In this document: one piece after another, positions 11,221 to 21,884 of the stretch
How the letters are laid out: each line of letters opens with the position of its first letter
Position numbering within the stretch: position 1 is the stretch's first letter
Notes under the pieces: model-generated
Told to the model about the DNA's origin: nothing
Seen by the model: only the letters and a program-made list of their open reading frames with translations
The model's database searches: none
NCBI GenBank assembly: GCA_964597935.1
Contig: CAZQZY010000001.1
Span: 19,765-83,764, forward strand
Reading direction: 5' to 3'
DNA length: 64,000 nt
Source of the DNA: an uncultured Aquiluna sp.
GTDB lineage: Bacteria > Actinomycetota > Actinomycetes > Actinomycetales > Microbacteriaceae
Program-made: the position numbers and the translations under genes

Positions 11221-12306
11221 TTGGACATCAAGTCACTGCCAAAAATCTCACTTCACGACCACCTCGACGGTGGCTTGCGTCCAAGCACAATTGTTGAGCT
11301 CTCAGCCGAGGTTGGCCACAAGCTGCCAACCACAGATGCAGCCGAGCTCGGCAACTGGTTCACCGAGAGTGCGAACTCGGGGTCCCTAGTTCGTTACCTG
11401 GAGACTTTTGATCACACTGTTGCTGTCATGCAAACTCGCGAGGGCTTGGAGCGGGTCGCCTACGAGGCTGTTCTGGATTTGGCCGAGCACAACGTCATCT
11501 ACGGCGAGTTGCGCTGGGCACCAGAGCAGCATCTATCCAAGGGGCTTACTTTGGATGAGACCGTTGAGGCTGTGCAGGATGGTTTAGAGCGCGGCATGGA
11601 AGAGGTGGAGCAGCGCGGCGGATTTATCCGCACCGGTCAGCTGGTTACCGCAATGCGTCACGCCGACCGTGGGCTTGAGATTGCTGAGCTTGCAATTCGC
11701 CACCGCAACAACGGAGTGGTTGGTTTTGACATCGCTGGTGCCGAGAAGGGCTTCATGCCCGTTCGTCACAAGATCGCTTTCGACTACCTAGCTAGTGAGC
11801 TGTTCCCGGTAACCGTTCACGCGGGTGAGGCTGATGGCGTTGAGTCAATTCGCGATGCCATTGTCTCGGGTCGCGCCTTGAGATTAGGTCACGGTGTCAG
11901 GTTGGTTGAGGACATCATGTTCTCCAGAACCGATGGTGATACTGATCTGGTGGTTTTGGGTGAGGTTGCCCAGTGGGTGCATGATCGGGAGATTGCCCTG
12001 GAGACCTCGCCGTCTTCAAACCTGCAAACCGGCGCTTTTGCAATGCTCGGTGACACCATGAGTGACCACCCATTCGACATTCTGTATGAGCTAGGTTTCA
12101 AGGTCACGGTCAACACCGACAATCGCTTGATGAGCGGAACCAACTTGACCAAGGAGCTCGAGATTCTGGTCGACACCTTCGGCTACAGTCTCGCGGATTT
12201 GGAGCAGTTCCAGCTCAATGCTGCCTCAGCTGCGTTCCAAGGTCTGCCGGAGCGCGAAGAGTTGATGGACATGATCGAATTGGGTTTTGCAAGTGCCGCT
12301 AGCTAG
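11221..12306 (+). CDS. add: adenosine deaminase
   Basis: LHDHLDG, TVHAGE, RLGHG, NTDN. Confidence 0.93.
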   Translation: MDIKSLPKISLHDHLDGGLRPSTIVELSAEVGHKLPTTDAAELGNWFTESANSGSLVRYLETFDHTVAVMQTREGLERVAYEAVLDLAEHNVIYGELRWAPEQHLSKGLTLDETVEAVQDGLERGMEEVEQRGGFIRTGQLVTAMRHADRGLEIAELAIRHRNNGVVGFDIAGAEKGFMPVRHKIAFDYLASELFPVTVHAGEADGVESIRDAIVSGRALRLGHGVRLVEDIMFSRTDGDTDLVVLGEVAQWVHDREIALETSPSSNLQTGAFAMLGDTMSDHPFDILYELGFKVTVNTDNRLMSGTNLTKELEILVDTFGYSLADLEQFQLNAASAAFQGLPEREELMDMIELGFASAAS

Positions 12307-12727
12307 CGCATTTGGTTCAAATTCAATTTCCCTCTATACCCACGCTGCTGATTTTGAATCTGCCGTTGCGCTGGCTGTCCAGAATCTGGTAGCCGACGGA
12401 AGAGCCCGGCCTGAATACCTTGACGAAGTAATCGGTAACCTCAAAACCTTGGGTCCCTACTTCGTCATAGCACCCGGCATAGCACTGGCACATGCCAAAG
12501 CATCAGCTGCAGTCTTAGAGGTAGGTTTTTCGCTGGCAAAGTTTGAACAGCCGCTTGTGTCAGGTTCCGCGAACGATCCAGTGAGGCTGGTCTTTGCCTT
12601 CTGTGCCGTGGATTCCACTTCACACATCGAAATTCTTGGAGAGTTTGCAAACTGGCTATCGACACCAGGAATTGTGAATTCTTTGCAAAATGCTTCCGCT
12701 GAGAGCGTGATTCGGAGCTTGCTCTAA
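12287..12727 (+). CDS. PTS EIIA component (Fru/Mtl/Asc-type fold)
   Basis: GPYFVIAPGIALAHA with phospho-His; NDPV; start codon uncertain. Confidence 0.85.
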   Translation: MQVPLASAFGSNSISLYTHAADFESAVALAVQNLVADGRARPEYLDEVIGNLKTLGPYFVIAPGIALAHAKASAAVLEVGFSLAKFEQPLVSGSANDPVRLVFAFCAVDSTSHIEILGEFANWLSTPGIVNSLQNASAESVIRSLL

Positions 12728-12750
12728 GGCTTCAAGGTTAGGTTTTAGGC

Positions 12751-13023
12751 ATGAAGATTTATGCGGTCTGCGGAGCAGGTATTGGGACGAGTGTTTTATT
12801 GAAGTCCAATGCCGATCGGGTCCTATCCCAGCTCGGTATTGAAGCCGAGGTTCACGCCGTTTCCATCGAAGCTGCTTTGGCCGCGGAGTCACCGGCTCAA
12901 ATTGTGCTTGCGACTGAGGAGCTGGTTGAGAAGCTAAGTGGTATTAGATCAGAGGTAATACCGGTGAAGAACATCTTCGACCTCGAAGAGTTGACGACCA
13001 AACTGCAGCTCTCGCTGGGGTAA
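12751..13023 (+). CDS. PTS EIIB component (Asc/Gat-type)
   Basis: KIYAVCGAGIGTS phospho-Cys loop. Confidence 0.85.
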   Translation: MKIYAVCGAGIGTSVLLKSNADRVLSQLGIEAEVHAVSIEAALAAESPAQIVLATEELVEKLSGIRSEVIPVKNIFDLEELTTKLQLSLG

Positions 13024-13033
13024 TCTGAGGGGC

Positions 13034-13711
13034 ATGTCTAACCCCGGAAATACCAAAAGAACCGAGCTGAAGCGCATTGCACACAAAGCTTCACATTCTC
13101 AAACCGAGCTTTATCGAATCCTGGATTCCAACCTAGTTGCCCATGTCGGCATAATCTTCGATGGCGCTCCTCTGGTGATTCCGATGGCCTATGGGCGAGT
13201 TGGTAACACCCTATATCTGCATGGCTCATCGGGCTCTCGATTGATGCGCGCCCTGAGTGCCAATCCCGCAGTTTGCATCTCCATCACTCACCTCAAGGCC
13301 CTGAAGGTAGCTCGCAGCACTTTCCACTCCGGCATGAACTATGACTCTGTTGTCATCTTTGGAAATGCGGCTCTGGTGCCAGATGAGAAAAAGGCCTGGG
13401 CACTGGATGCCATCAGCGATGCAATCCTCCCGGGCCGCATGGCCGAGGTTCGACCAAGCAGTAAAAAAGAGGCAGCAGCAACTCTGATCATTGAGGTTGA
13501 GTTGGATGAAACCTCGGTGAAGATTTCCAACGGTGTCGTCGAAGACGAACCAGAAGATCTGGGGACTTCAGTCTGGGCTGGCTTGGTTCCGATTCAAACT
13601 GTGGTTGGCGAACCAACGCCATCCGATGCAGAGACAGCGGCGCTCCCGCTACCGGAGAGCGTGAAGCGCTTTATCGCAGACTATCCAGGTAATCGGTTGC
13701 GAAACTCTTGA
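13034..13711 (+). CDS. pyridoxamine 5'-phosphate oxidase-like flavin-binding protein (NimA-like)
   Basis: PLVIPMAY, LYLHGSSGSRL, ARSTFHSGMNYDSVVIFG. Confidence 0.85.
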   Translation: MSNPGNTKRTELKRIAHKASHSQTELYRILDSNLVAHVGIIFDGAPLVIPMAYGRVGNTLYLHGSSGSRLMRALSANPAVCISITHLKALKVARSTFHSGMNYDSVVIFGNAALVPDEKKAWALDAISDAILPGRMAEVRPSSKKEAAATLIIEVELDETSVKISNGVVEDEPEDLGTSVWAGLVPIQTVVGEPTPSDAETAALPLPESVKRFIADYPGNRLRNS

Positions 13712-15293
13712 GTTCTGCTAGGCCTTTGGTGGCCAGTTCGTCTGTCTCAGCGGAAAACTGCAGGTAGCACTTGAGCTTTGGCTCTGTACCGCTAGGTCGA
13801 ATAATCATTCTCAGATTCGAATTTGCAATGATCACACCATCGGTTTTTTGAAGTCTTAGACCAAGGCTTAGGTCCTCGAAATCTACGTTCTGGCCCAGCA
13901 CTTCGGCGAGTGGCTTGGCTCGCACCCCACTCATGATCTTGGCAATAACACTCAGCTCGGTAACGCGAATTGAAACCTGCGAAGTCTTTAGGTAGCCGTA
14001 GCGCTGGTTGAGCTTGTCGATGTGATCGATCAAAGTCATACCCTTGGCCTTTAGCCGCCTCGCAATATCAACAATCACAACCGCGGCGGTGATGCCATCC
14101 TTGTCTGGGGTGTGAGAGGGATCCACGCAGTAGCCCAGCGCCTCCTCATAGCCATAGCCAAGGTTTTTCACCTTTGAAATCCACTTAAATCCGGTCAAGG
14201 TTTGCTCGTATTTGACTGAGTGGTACTTGGCCAAGTTGGCAAGGGATGCAGAAACGATTGAGTTCGCAATCACGGTTGCCCGTTTTGAACTAACGAGCTC
14301 CTCGGCGAGGACTAGGCCCACCTCGTCACCGGTAAGCATGCGATAGCTGTTTGCACTTCGCACCCCAACCGCGAGCCGGTCTGCATCTGGGTCGTTGGCA
14401 ATTATCAAATCGGATGAATTCTCAATCGCAGCCGCCAAAGCGAGATCCATCGCCCCTGGCTCCTCGGGGTTAGGAAAACTCACCGTTGGGAAACTACCGT
14501 CTGGTTCTTGTTGCTTCGAAACGGAACTCCACTCAATCCCCATGGCTTCAAAGATTGGCTTTATAACCCGATAGCCAACGCCGTGCATCGCGGTGTATGT
14601 GATTTTCAGTGGCGTCTTTGGAGATTGAGCCAGACTGATCGCACGTTGGATGTAATGCTCTAGCTCCTCCGATCCGAGCATCTCAATCTGATCCGACTGA
14701 GGGATTTCTTCGAATCGAATTGTTTGTGCGATTTCAGTAATGTGCGAGGCGATCTCAGCATCCTGCGGAGGGACCAGCTGTGAACCGAAAAGGTCTCCAC
14801 CTAGGTAAACCTTGTATCCGTTATCTCGTGGTGGGTTGTGGCTTGCTGTCACAACAATCGTGGCACTGGAACCCAGTCTTGCTCCAGTGAAGCAGGCAAC
14901 CGGGGTCGGCACCTTGGAGTCAAACAACTTGGCCTTGATGCCCTGGGCGGCAAAAATCCTTGCCGAATCCAGCGCAAAAATGTCTGAGTTGATACGACCG
15001 TCGTAACCAATAACAACACTGAGTTCGCCAGTTGGGTCCAAAAACTCGGCACGGTTTGCCTCCAAGAATCTCGCGATTGCCAAGGCTGCCTGCGCAACCA
15101 CGATGCGATTCATGCGATTGGGGCCAGCTCCAAGCTCCCCGCGGAGTCCCGCTGTTCCGAACTCAAGGCGAGTTGAGAATCTTGAACGCAATTCCTCCAG
15201 ATTGTTCTCGTCGAGAATTGCTTGAAGCTCAGCCCGCGTCTGAGGGTCTGGATCCTGGTTTAGCCAGTCGAGAGCAAGTTGTTTGAAGTCCAT
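13671..15293 (-). CDS. alpha-D-phosphohexomutase (PGM2-like phosphomannomutase/phosphopentomutase)
   Basis: FGTAGLRG, TASHNP, DPDADR, YEEALG, RPSGTEPKLK. Confidence 0.9.
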   Translation of the reverse strand: MDFKQLALDWLNQDPDPQTRAELQAILDENNLEELRSRFSTRLEFGTAGLRGELGAGPNRMNRIVVAQAALAIARFLEANRAEFLDPTGELSVVIGYDGRINSDIFALDSARIFAAQGIKAKLFDSKVPTPVACFTGARLGSSATIVVTASHNPPRDNGYKVYLGGDLFGSQLVPPQDAEIASHITEIAQTIRFEEIPQSDQIEMLGSEELEHYIQRAISLAQSPKTPLKITYTAMHGVGYRVIKPIFEAMGIEWSSVSKQQEPDGSFPTVSFPNPEEPGAMDLALAAAIENSSDLIIANDPDADRLAVGVRSANSYRMLTGDEVGLVLAEELVSSKRATVIANSIVSASLANLAKYHSVKYEQTLTGFKWISKVKNLGYGYEEALGYCVDPSHTPDKDGITAAVVIVDIARRLKAKGMTLIDHIDKLNQRYGYLKTSQVSIRVTELSVIAKIMSGVRAKPLAEVLGQNVDFEDLSLGLRLQKTDGVIIANSNLRMIIRPSGTEPKLKCYLQFSAETDELATKGLAELKSFATDYLDSLR

Positions 15294-16114
15294 TAGATCT
15301 TGGCAACAATCTTTGAAAGTAGAGCTGAAATACGAGCCTCAGCATCCTTACCGGCCTGGATCACCTCTTCGTGGCTAAGCGGGGTGGTTTGAATTCCTGC
15401 CGCCAGGTTGGTGATCAAAGACATACCTAAGATTTCCATGCCAGCCTCTCGGGCGGCAATGGCCTCGAGCGCTGTTGACATTCCAACGATGTGACCACCC
15501 ATGATCTTCGCCATCTGAACCTCGGCTGGAGTTTCATAGTGAGGGCCGCGGAACTGAACATAAACTCCCTCATCCAGGCTTGGATCGACCTCACGGGCCA
15601 GCGCTCGCAAACGCTTTGAGTAAAGGTCGGTGAGGTCGATAAAGGTTGCACCCTCGAGAGGAGAGTTGGCCGTGAGGTTGATGTGGTCCGAGATCAAAAC
15701 TGCTGCACCACCGGCCCACTCGGGTTTAATGCCTCCAGCGCCATTGGTCAAAATCATGACCTTTGCCCCTGCGGCAGCAGCGGTGCGCACGGAGTGCACC
15801 ACAGCGCGAACACCGTGGTTTTCGTAGTAGTGGGTGCGAGCACCGATTACCAGGGCGTGCTTCCCGCTGGGTAGTTTGACGGATCGCAAGGTGCCAACGT
15901 GTCCGTGAACTGCGGGCTTTGAAAAACCAATGATTTCTGTGGCAGGGATAACGCTGACTGTCTCACCGATCAGGTCAGCCGCCTTAGCCCAGCCAGAACC
16001 CAGAGTTAGGGCGATGTCGTGCTGCGGAATGCCTGATTTCTCGGCAATTTGTTTGGCAGCCTCAGCTGCAATTTCGAAGGGGTTTGCTTGCGCATCATTG
16101 AGCGGATTAACCAT
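15293..16114 (-). CDS. punA: purine-nucleoside phosphorylase (trimeric type)
   Basis: LGSG, RTHYYE, TNGAGG, GPHYETPAE, VGMST. Confidence 0.93.
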   Translation of the reverse strand: MVNPLNDAQANPFEIAAEAAKQIAEKSGIPQHDIALTLGSGWAKAADLIGETVSVIPATEIIGFSKPAVHGHVGTLRSVKLPSGKHALVIGARTHYYENHGVRAVVHSVRTAAAAGAKVMILTNGAGGIKPEWAGGAAVLISDHINLTANSPLEGATFIDLTDLYSKRLRALAREVDPSLDEGVYVQFRGPHYETPAEVQMAKIMGGHIVGMSTALEAIAAREAGMEILGMSLITNLAAGIQTTPLSHEEVIQAGKDAEARISALLSKIVAKI

Positions 16115-16164
16115 AAAAGTCAGTCTAGCTAACCCAAGGGACGCCAGAACTAGGCCAGAATGTC

Positions 16165-17586
16165 ATGGTGAGCTCAAACTCAGTACAACACAGAATTGTC
16201 ATTATTGGTGGTGGCCCAGGTGGCTACGAAGCTGCCAGGGCTGGGCGTCAGCTCGGTGCCGAGGTGGTGCTAATTGAGGAATCTGGAATCGGTGGCAACG
16301 CCGTTCTAACAGACGTTGTCCCATCCAAGACACTGATCGCAACCGCGGAGGCTGCTCAGCGAGTTGCGCTGGCACAAACCCTAGGAGTCAACTTTTCGGT
16401 TGACGGCAAAGAGGTTCACCCCAAGGTCGAGGTCGACATGGCTGCGGTAAACAAGCGACTCCTTGCCTTGGCAAAAAGCCAATCCGAGGACATGCTCACC
16501 ACTTTGAAGGATGAGGGTGTCAGAGTCATTTCCGGACGTGGTCGCCTGGATGGAAACCACCACGTAATTGTTGAGCCAACCTTGGGTGGCGAGCCAGAGC
16601 GCATAGAGGCCAAAACAATCATTGTCGCAACCGGTGCTCACCCAAGAGAACTACCAACCGCGGTCCCAGACGGCGAGCGCATCCTTACCTGGAAACAGCT
16701 CTACAGCCTTGACACCCTCCCAGAACACATGATTGTGGTTGGCTCTGGAGTCACCGGTGCCGAGTTCGCCTCCGCCTATCTTGACCTTGGTAGCAAGGTG
16801 ACGCTGATCTCTTCACGCGACAAAGTGCTCCCCGGTAATGATGCCGATGCGGCGGATTTGATTGAGGGAGTTTTTCTTCGACGCGGCATGCAGATTTTGA
16901 ACAAGGCTCGTGCTGAGAGGGTTGAGGCAACACCAACTGGTGTGCGTGTCACCTTGGCAACGGGAGAGGTGGTCGAGGGCTCACATTGCCTGATGGCGGT
17001 TGGTGCAATTCCAAACACCGCGGGTCTTGGCCTGGAAGAGGCGGGCATCAAGCTCACCGAAACCGGGCACGTAATCGTGAATAAGGTTGCAAGAACCTCT
17101 CGTGCGAATGTGTATGCAGTCGGAGACTGCTCGACCGCGTTGCCGCTGGCTTCGGTGAGCGCGATGCAGGGTCGCACCGCCGTCTACCACACCATGGGTG
17201 ATGTTGCTGCCCCCACCAGGCTTCGCAACGTTGCATCAAACGTCTTCACCTCTCCAGAGATTGCATCAGTCGGCTGGTCTCAGTCAGAGATCGAGCAGGG
17301 TCTGGTTCGAGGTGAGATCGAGAAAGTCATGCTCGAGGTAAATCCAAGAGCAAAGATGCAGGGAATCCGCGAAGGCTTTATCAAGCTCTACGCGTCTATC
17401 GGGTCAGGCACAGTAATCGGCGGTGTTGTGGTTGCGCCGAGGGCATCAGACCTGATTTACCCAATCGCAATGGCGGTTGAAAACCGTTTGACGGTGGATC
17501 AACTTGCCCGCACCTACACGGTTTACCCATCGCTCTCTGGCTCAATTGCCGAGGCAGCCTCGGCACTTCACCAGCCAATCGATTAG
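16165..17586 (+). CDS. lpdA: NAD(P)H-quinone dehydrogenase (actinobacterial LpdA)
   Basis: [15 protein letters not shown] (lacks the CxxxxC redox disulfide), GSGVTGAE, C-terminal YPSLSGS. Confidence 0.85.
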   Translation: MVSSNSVQHRIVIIGGGPGGYEAARAGRQLGAEVVLIEESGIGGNAVLTDVVPSKTLIATAEAAQRVALAQTLGVNFSVDGKEVHPKVEVDMAAVNKRLLALAKSQSEDMLTTLKDEGVRVISGRGRLDGNHHVIVEPTLGGEPERIEAKTIIVATGAHPRELPTAVPDGERILTWKQLYSLDTLPEHMIVVGSGVTGAEFASAYLDLGSKVTLISSRDKVLPGNDADAADLIEGVFLRRGMQILNKARAERVEATPTGVRVTLATGEVVEGSHCLMAVGAIPNTAGLGLEEAGIKLTETGHVIVNKVARTSRANVYAVGDCSTALPLASVSAMQGRTAVYHTMGDVAAPTRLRNVASNVFTSPEIASVGWSQSEIEQGLVRGEIEKVMLEVNPRAKMQGIREGFIKLYASIGSGTVIGGVVVAPRASDLIYPIAMAVENRLTVDQLARTYTVYPSLSGSIAEAASALHQPID

Positions 17587-19355
17587 TCGACGATATCTAG
17601 CAGCCTGGTTCCAGCCGAGATAGTCGTTCCTGCTTCAACGTTTATCGCTGAGATCTTGCCAGATCGGTGCGCAGTCAGTGGCTGCTCCATCTTCATAGCC
17701 TCGAGAACCACCACGAGGTCACCCTCTGAAACCTGTTGACCCTCGGACACCGCAATCTTCACAACCGTGGACTGCATGGGTGCCACCAAGCTGTTGCCCT
17801 TGGCACCGGTGTGTGATGAAGATGAGGAACTCTTGGCTCGCTTAGGCGCGTGACCGGCGGCTGAACCAACCTCACCAACTAGAAGACGCTTTGGAACCGA
17901 TACCTCAAGTCGCTTGCCTGCAACCTCGACCACGATCTCGTGTCTTGGCTCATCGGTGGGGAGCTCCTCGGCCTGGCCACTCCAGGCCGGAATCTGATTG
18001 TCCCACTCCGTCTCAATCCAGCGAGTGAATACTTTGAACTCACCCTTGGGTGCGGTGAAGGCCTCGTGATTCACAATCTCGCGGTGGAAAGGTAATACGG
18101 TTGGCAGTCCCAAAACCTGCATCTCAGCAAGCGCTCGTCTGGAGCGCTCAAGAGCCTGCTCACGGGTTTCACCAGTAACAATCAGCTTCGCCATCATCGA
18201 GTCGAAGTTACCGCTGATCACATCACCGGAAACTACTCCGGAATCAACTCGAACACCCGGTCCACTTGGAGCCTGGAAGTGATGCACGGGACCTGGGGCA
18301 GGTAGGAAGTTTCGACCCGGATCCTCACCATTGATGCGGAACTCAAAACTGTGTCCGCGAACCTCGGGGTCTGAGTACTCGAGCTTCTCACCCTGCGCAA
18401 TTCTGAACTGCTCACGCACCAAATCAAGGCCGGTGACCTCTTCTGACACAGGGTGCTCAACCTGCAATCTGGTGTTCACCTCTAGGAAGGAGATGGTTCC
18501 ATCCTGGGCAACTAGGAACTCACAGGTTCCCGCTCCCTGGTAGCCAACCTCTTTCAGGATGGCCTTGGAGGATTCGTAGAGGCGCTGGTTCTGCTCCGCA
18601 GTCAGAAACGGAGCTGGTGCCTCTTCGACAAGCTTTTGGTGGCGACGTTGCAGCGAGCAGTCTCTGGTAGAGACCACGACCACGTTGCCGTAGGCATCTG
18701 CGAGACACTGGGTCTCCACGTGTCTTGGCTTGTCCAGGTACTTCTCGATGAAGCATTCGCCACGTCCAAAGGCGGCAATCGCTTCGCGAGTTGCAGACTC
18801 GAACAGCTCCTTGATTTCAGAGCTCTCGCGAACGATCTTGATGCCACGACCGCCACCGCCGTAGGCGGCCTTGATCGCTACCGGAAGACCGTGCTTGGCG
18901 ACGAACTCTTCTACCTCTGCGACGCTCTCGACTGGGTTGATGGTTCCAGGTGCAAGCGGAGCCCCAACCTTTTCGGCAACCTTGCGAGCGGAAACCTTGT
19001 CGCCCAGCTGTTCGATTGCGGCAGGAGGAGGTCCAACCCAAATCAATCCTGCTTCGATTACTGCCCTGGCAAAATCGGCATTCTCAGATAGAAATCCGTA
19101 TCCCGGGTGAACTGCATTCGCACCGCTTCGTTTTGCCACCTTGATCAACTTGTCAATCACCAGATAGGTCTCGGCTGCGGTTGTGCCCGAAAGTGAGTAA
19201 GCCTCATCCGCGTGCTTGACGTGTTGGGCATCGCGGTCGCCATCGGCATACACCGCAACGGTCAGGATCCCGGAGTCCTTGGCGGCTCTAATGATTCGAA
19301 TGGCAATCTCACCGCGGTTAGCGATAAGTAGTTTCTCAATGCGGCGAAAGCTCAT
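17583..19355 (-). CDS. bccA: acetyl/propionyl-CoA carboxylase alpha subunit (biotin carboxylase + BCCP, AccA3-like)
   Basis: [38 protein letters not shown] biotinylation site. Confidence 0.93.
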   Translation of the reverse strand: MSFRRIEKLLIANRGEIAIRIIRAAKDSGILTVAVYADGDRDAQHVKHADEAYSLSGTTAAETYLVIDKLIKVAKRSGANAVHPGYGFLSENADFARAVIEAGLIWVGPPPAAIEQLGDKVSARKVAEKVGAPLAPGTINPVESVAEVEEFVAKHGLPVAIKAAYGGGGRGIKIVRESSEIKELFESATREAIAAFGRGECFIEKYLDKPRHVETQCLADAYGNVVVVSTRDCSLQRRHQKLVEEAPAPFLTAEQNQRLYESSKAILKEVGYQGAGTCEFLVAQDGTISFLEVNTRLQVEHPVSEEVTGLDLVREQFRIAQGEKLEYSDPEVRGHSFEFRINGEDPGRNFLPAPGPVHHFQAPSGPGVRVDSGVVSGDVISGNFDSMMAKLIVTGETREQALERSRRALAEMQVLGLPTVLPFHREIVNHEAFTAPKGEFKVFTRWIETEWDNQIPAWSGQAEELPTDEPRHEIVVEVAGKRLEVSVPKRLLVGEVGSAAGHAPKRAKSSSSSSHTGAKGNSLVAPMQSTVVKIAVSEGQQVSEGDLVVVLEAMKMEQPLTAHRSGKISAINVEAGTTISAGTRLLDIVD

Positions 19356-19388
19356 AATTGGATAGCTTATTGGCGATTTGGTGCGTTA

Positions 19389-19409
19389 TTTTGGCGGCAT
19401 GCGACAAAA
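19389..19409. promoter_or_regulatory. candidate MabR/FasR (PucR-family)-type operator upstream of bccA
   Basis: TTTTGG-N9-ACAAAA, one mismatch to the TTTTGT-N9-ACAAAA palindrome. Confidence 0.4.
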
Positions 19410-19429
19410 AAACTAAGGAATCGTTTGGG

Positions 19430-20029
19430 TTATCTCCAAAGCAACTGGTAGTCGTGTCCCAGGTCAGTCACCATCTTGCGAAGACCGACAAGGGATAGGC
19501 CCACCACAGTGTGATAGTCGCCCTCGATGTGCTCCACAAATGCACCACCGATTCCATCGATCGTGAAAGCCCCAGCCACATTCAACGGCTCACCGGTTGC
19601 GACGTACTTTGTGATTTGTGCATCACTCAGGTTCGCGAAGTGAACCTTGGTCTGAGTGACCAATGTCACACCTTCTCCTGAAGTGGTGTCGATTAGGTGG
19701 TGGCCAGAGTGCAGTACCCCGTGGTTCCCTCGAAGTGCTTGCCAGCGATCGAAAGCGACTTCTGGATAGAGCGGTTTACCTAAAATCTGACCCTCAAACT
19801 CCAGCGCGCTATCACAGCCAAGAACCAGCGATGTCGGGTAGGAATCGGCGACTGCCTCCGCCTTCGCCTTGGCAAGCAGCCCAGTCAGCTCTGCTGCGGT
19901 GTTGGGCTTTAGTAAGTCGACCAGTGCTTCCTCGTCAACGCCGGGTGAGACTGCTTCGAACCTAATTCCCGCATCTGTTAGCAGTTTCTTGCGGGCGGGT
20001 GATGTAGAAGCTAGGACCAGTTTTTGCAC
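19430..20029 (-). CDS. maf: Maf-family nucleoside triphosphate pyrophosphatase
   Basis: LVLASTSPAR, LGCDS, ILGKP, VAGAF, VVGL; start reassigned to GTG 20029 with TAACCT -10 seven nt upstream. Confidence 0.9.
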   Translation of the reverse strand: MQKLVLASTSPARKKLLTDAGIRFEAVSPGVDEEALVDLLKPNTAAELTGLLAKAKAEAVADSYPTSLVLGCDSALEFEGQILGKPLYPEVAFDRWQALRGNHGVLHSGHHLIDTTSGEGVTLVTQTKVHFANLSDAQITKYVATGEPLNVAGAFTIDGIGGAFVEHIEGDYHTVVGLSLVGLRKMVTDLGHDYQLLWR

Positions 20030-20061
20030 ATTCTCAAGGTTAGCTGTGGAACACTTGGCGA

Positions 20062-21228
20062 GTGATTCTGGAATTAGAAATAGAGCGCGTAGCTCACGGC
20101 GGTGTGTTCGTTGCAAGGCACGAGGGAAAAGTTGTCTTTGTCGAAGACGCCATTGATGGCGAGGTCGTGAAAGCTCAGGTCTATCAGGATCAGGGCAGCT
20201 TCCTCCGGGCCAAGACCATTGAGGTTCTGAAGCCCAGCGAACACCGGGTGAAGCATTTTTGGAAAGCGGCCTCACAAGGTGCCGGCGGGGCGGAGTTTGG
20301 CCACATCGCCCTCGAACATCAGCGCACACTCAAAGCTCAGGTTCTTGCTGAGGCGCTGGAGCGCATGGCCGGCATCGACAGGCCGACCGAGGTCCAAGCG
20401 ATGCCGTCAGATGCTCAGCGGAACGGGCTGCACTACCGCACCAGGGTTCAGCTCAACGTTGATGCCGGCGGCACAGCCGGACCCAGCAGGGTGCGAAGCA
20501 ATGAGATTGTGTTCACCAAAGACCTGCCGCTTGCGGTTCCCGAGATTGAGGAACTTGGACTTCAGCTAAAGAACTGGTCCGGGGTTGAGAAAATCTCAGT
20601 AGCCGCAAGCTCTACCGGGGATCTCCAGTGGCTGGTAGACAAAAAGATCAACGGCTCAGAGCGTTTGGTAGAGCGTGTGGCGGACCGAACTTTCCGCCTC
20701 AGCTCAGGAGCATTTTGGCAGGTGCACACCGACGCCCCTCGAGCACTGACTAGCGCCGTGATTGCCGCTGCCAAGTCTGTGGGTTTCAATCCCGAGAAGC
20801 AGAATCTAGATCTGTACGCGGGTGCCGGTTTGTTCAGTGCAACTTTGGCGCAGGCGTATGGAGGCGCTCGCTTTTTGGCGGTCGAAAACAACAAACAGGC
20901 TGTCGCTGATGGCGAAAAGAGCGCTCGCGACCTGACCGATTTGAAGTTCGAAAAGTTTGATGTTCTTGAATTTCTAAAGCGCACCAAACCCGGCTATGAC
21001 ACTGTGATCATGGACCCACCACGCTCCGGTGCGGCCGGCAAGGTTATCGGCGCCTTGGTGAAGCTTGAACCAAGAAACATTATTTATGTCGCCTGCGATC
21101 CGGTTGCCCTGGCTCGCGACCTGAAACTGCTCATGGCAGCGGGTTACCAAATGAGGGGACTGGAAAGCTTCGATATCTTCCCTCACACGCACCATTTTGA
21201 GTGCGTAGCGACGCTTTCTCGGGAGTAG
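20062..21228 (+). CDS. TRAM-domain class I SAM-dependent RNA m5U methyltransferase (RlmD/TrmA family)
   Basis: VAHGG TRAM start, FWQVH, DLYAGAG, DPPRSG, YVAC, FPHTHHFE. Confidence 0.88.
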   Translation: MILELEIERVAHGGVFVARHEGKVVFVEDAIDGEVVKAQVYQDQGSFLRAKTIEVLKPSEHRVKHFWKAASQGAGGAEFGHIALEHQRTLKAQVLAEALERMAGIDRPTEVQAMPSDAQRNGLHYRTRVQLNVDAGGTAGPSRVRSNEIVFTKDLPLAVPEIEELGLQLKNWSGVEKISVAASSTGDLQWLVDKKINGSERLVERVADRTFRLSSGAFWQVHTDAPRALTSAVIAAAKSVGFNPEKQNLDLYAGAGLFSATLAQAYGGARFLAVENNKQAVADGEKSARDLTDLKFEKFDVLEFLKRTKPGYDTVIMDPPRSGAAGKVIGALVKLEPRNIIYVACDPVALARDLKLLMAAGYQMRGLESFDIFPHTHHFECVATLSRE

Positions 21229-21239
21229 CCTTAGAAGCT

Positions 21240-21884
21240 ATGGAACCTGTACGTGTAGCGATTTTGGATGACCATGAAGCCGTGCGCCTGGGTTTTGCAG
21301 GCACCTGTAAAGAATTCAACTTTGAGCTGCTCGGTTCGGCAGCCACCGTGCCAGAACTGCTGACCCAAATCGAGGGAAAAGACGTCGAGGTAGTCGTCAC
21401 CGATCTCTCGCTTTCAGACGGCTCTCTGGTATCTGACAACGTGGAGCAACTCGTTCAAGCTGGCCCCGCGGTTTTGATTTTCTCCATCGCGGATAAGCCA
21501 TCGTTGATGCGTGCCGCACTAAAGGCCGGTGCCACGGCTATCGTTCCCAAGTCACAGCCAATGTCTGAGCTTGCGGAGGCAATTCGTTTAGCTGCCAAGG
21601 GTGTGATTATCAACAACCCTGAAACATCAGCGATGATCGATGCCGACCTGCTATTCAAAGAGGCCAAGCTCTCTGCCAGGGAGCGTGAGGTCCTTTCCCT
21701 TTACGCCTCGGGCATGAGCCTGAAGCAGGTGGCATACGAACTTCAGATCAAGCAGTCCAGTGCCAAGGAGCACATCGATCGAGTCAGGGTCAAGTACGCC
21801 AGGCTCGGTAGAGAGGCTGCCACCAAGGTTGATCTTTTCAAGCGAGCCGTTGAGGACGGGATCCTCTCTGGAGAAATGCTCTAG
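21240..21884 (+). CDS. NarL/LuxR-family response regulator
   Basis: ILDDH, TDLSL phospho-Asp, VPK, LSAREREVL HTH; ATG 21240 preceded by TAGCCT. Confidence 0.9.
   Translation: MEPVRVAILDDHEAVRLGFAGTCKEFNFELLGSAATVPELLTQIEGKDVEVVVTDLSLSDGSLVSDNVEQLVQAGPAVLIFSIADKPSLMRAALKAGATAIVPKSQPMSELAEAIRLAAKGVIINNPETSAMIDADLLFKEAKLSAREREVLSLYASGMSLKQVAYELQIKQSSAKEHIDRVRVKYARLGREAATKVDLFKRAVEDGILSGEML

Noticed and set aside
16165-17586. Dihydrolipoamide dehydrogenase (E3) or a pseudogene of it
   Set aside because: Lack of the redox disulfide and the position beside punA/bccA fit the LpdA quinone reductase family
20030-20329. 100-aa N-terminal extension of Maf in the ORF track
   Set aside because: It is antisense to the RNA methyltransferase; Maf homology and a -10 element point to GTG 20029
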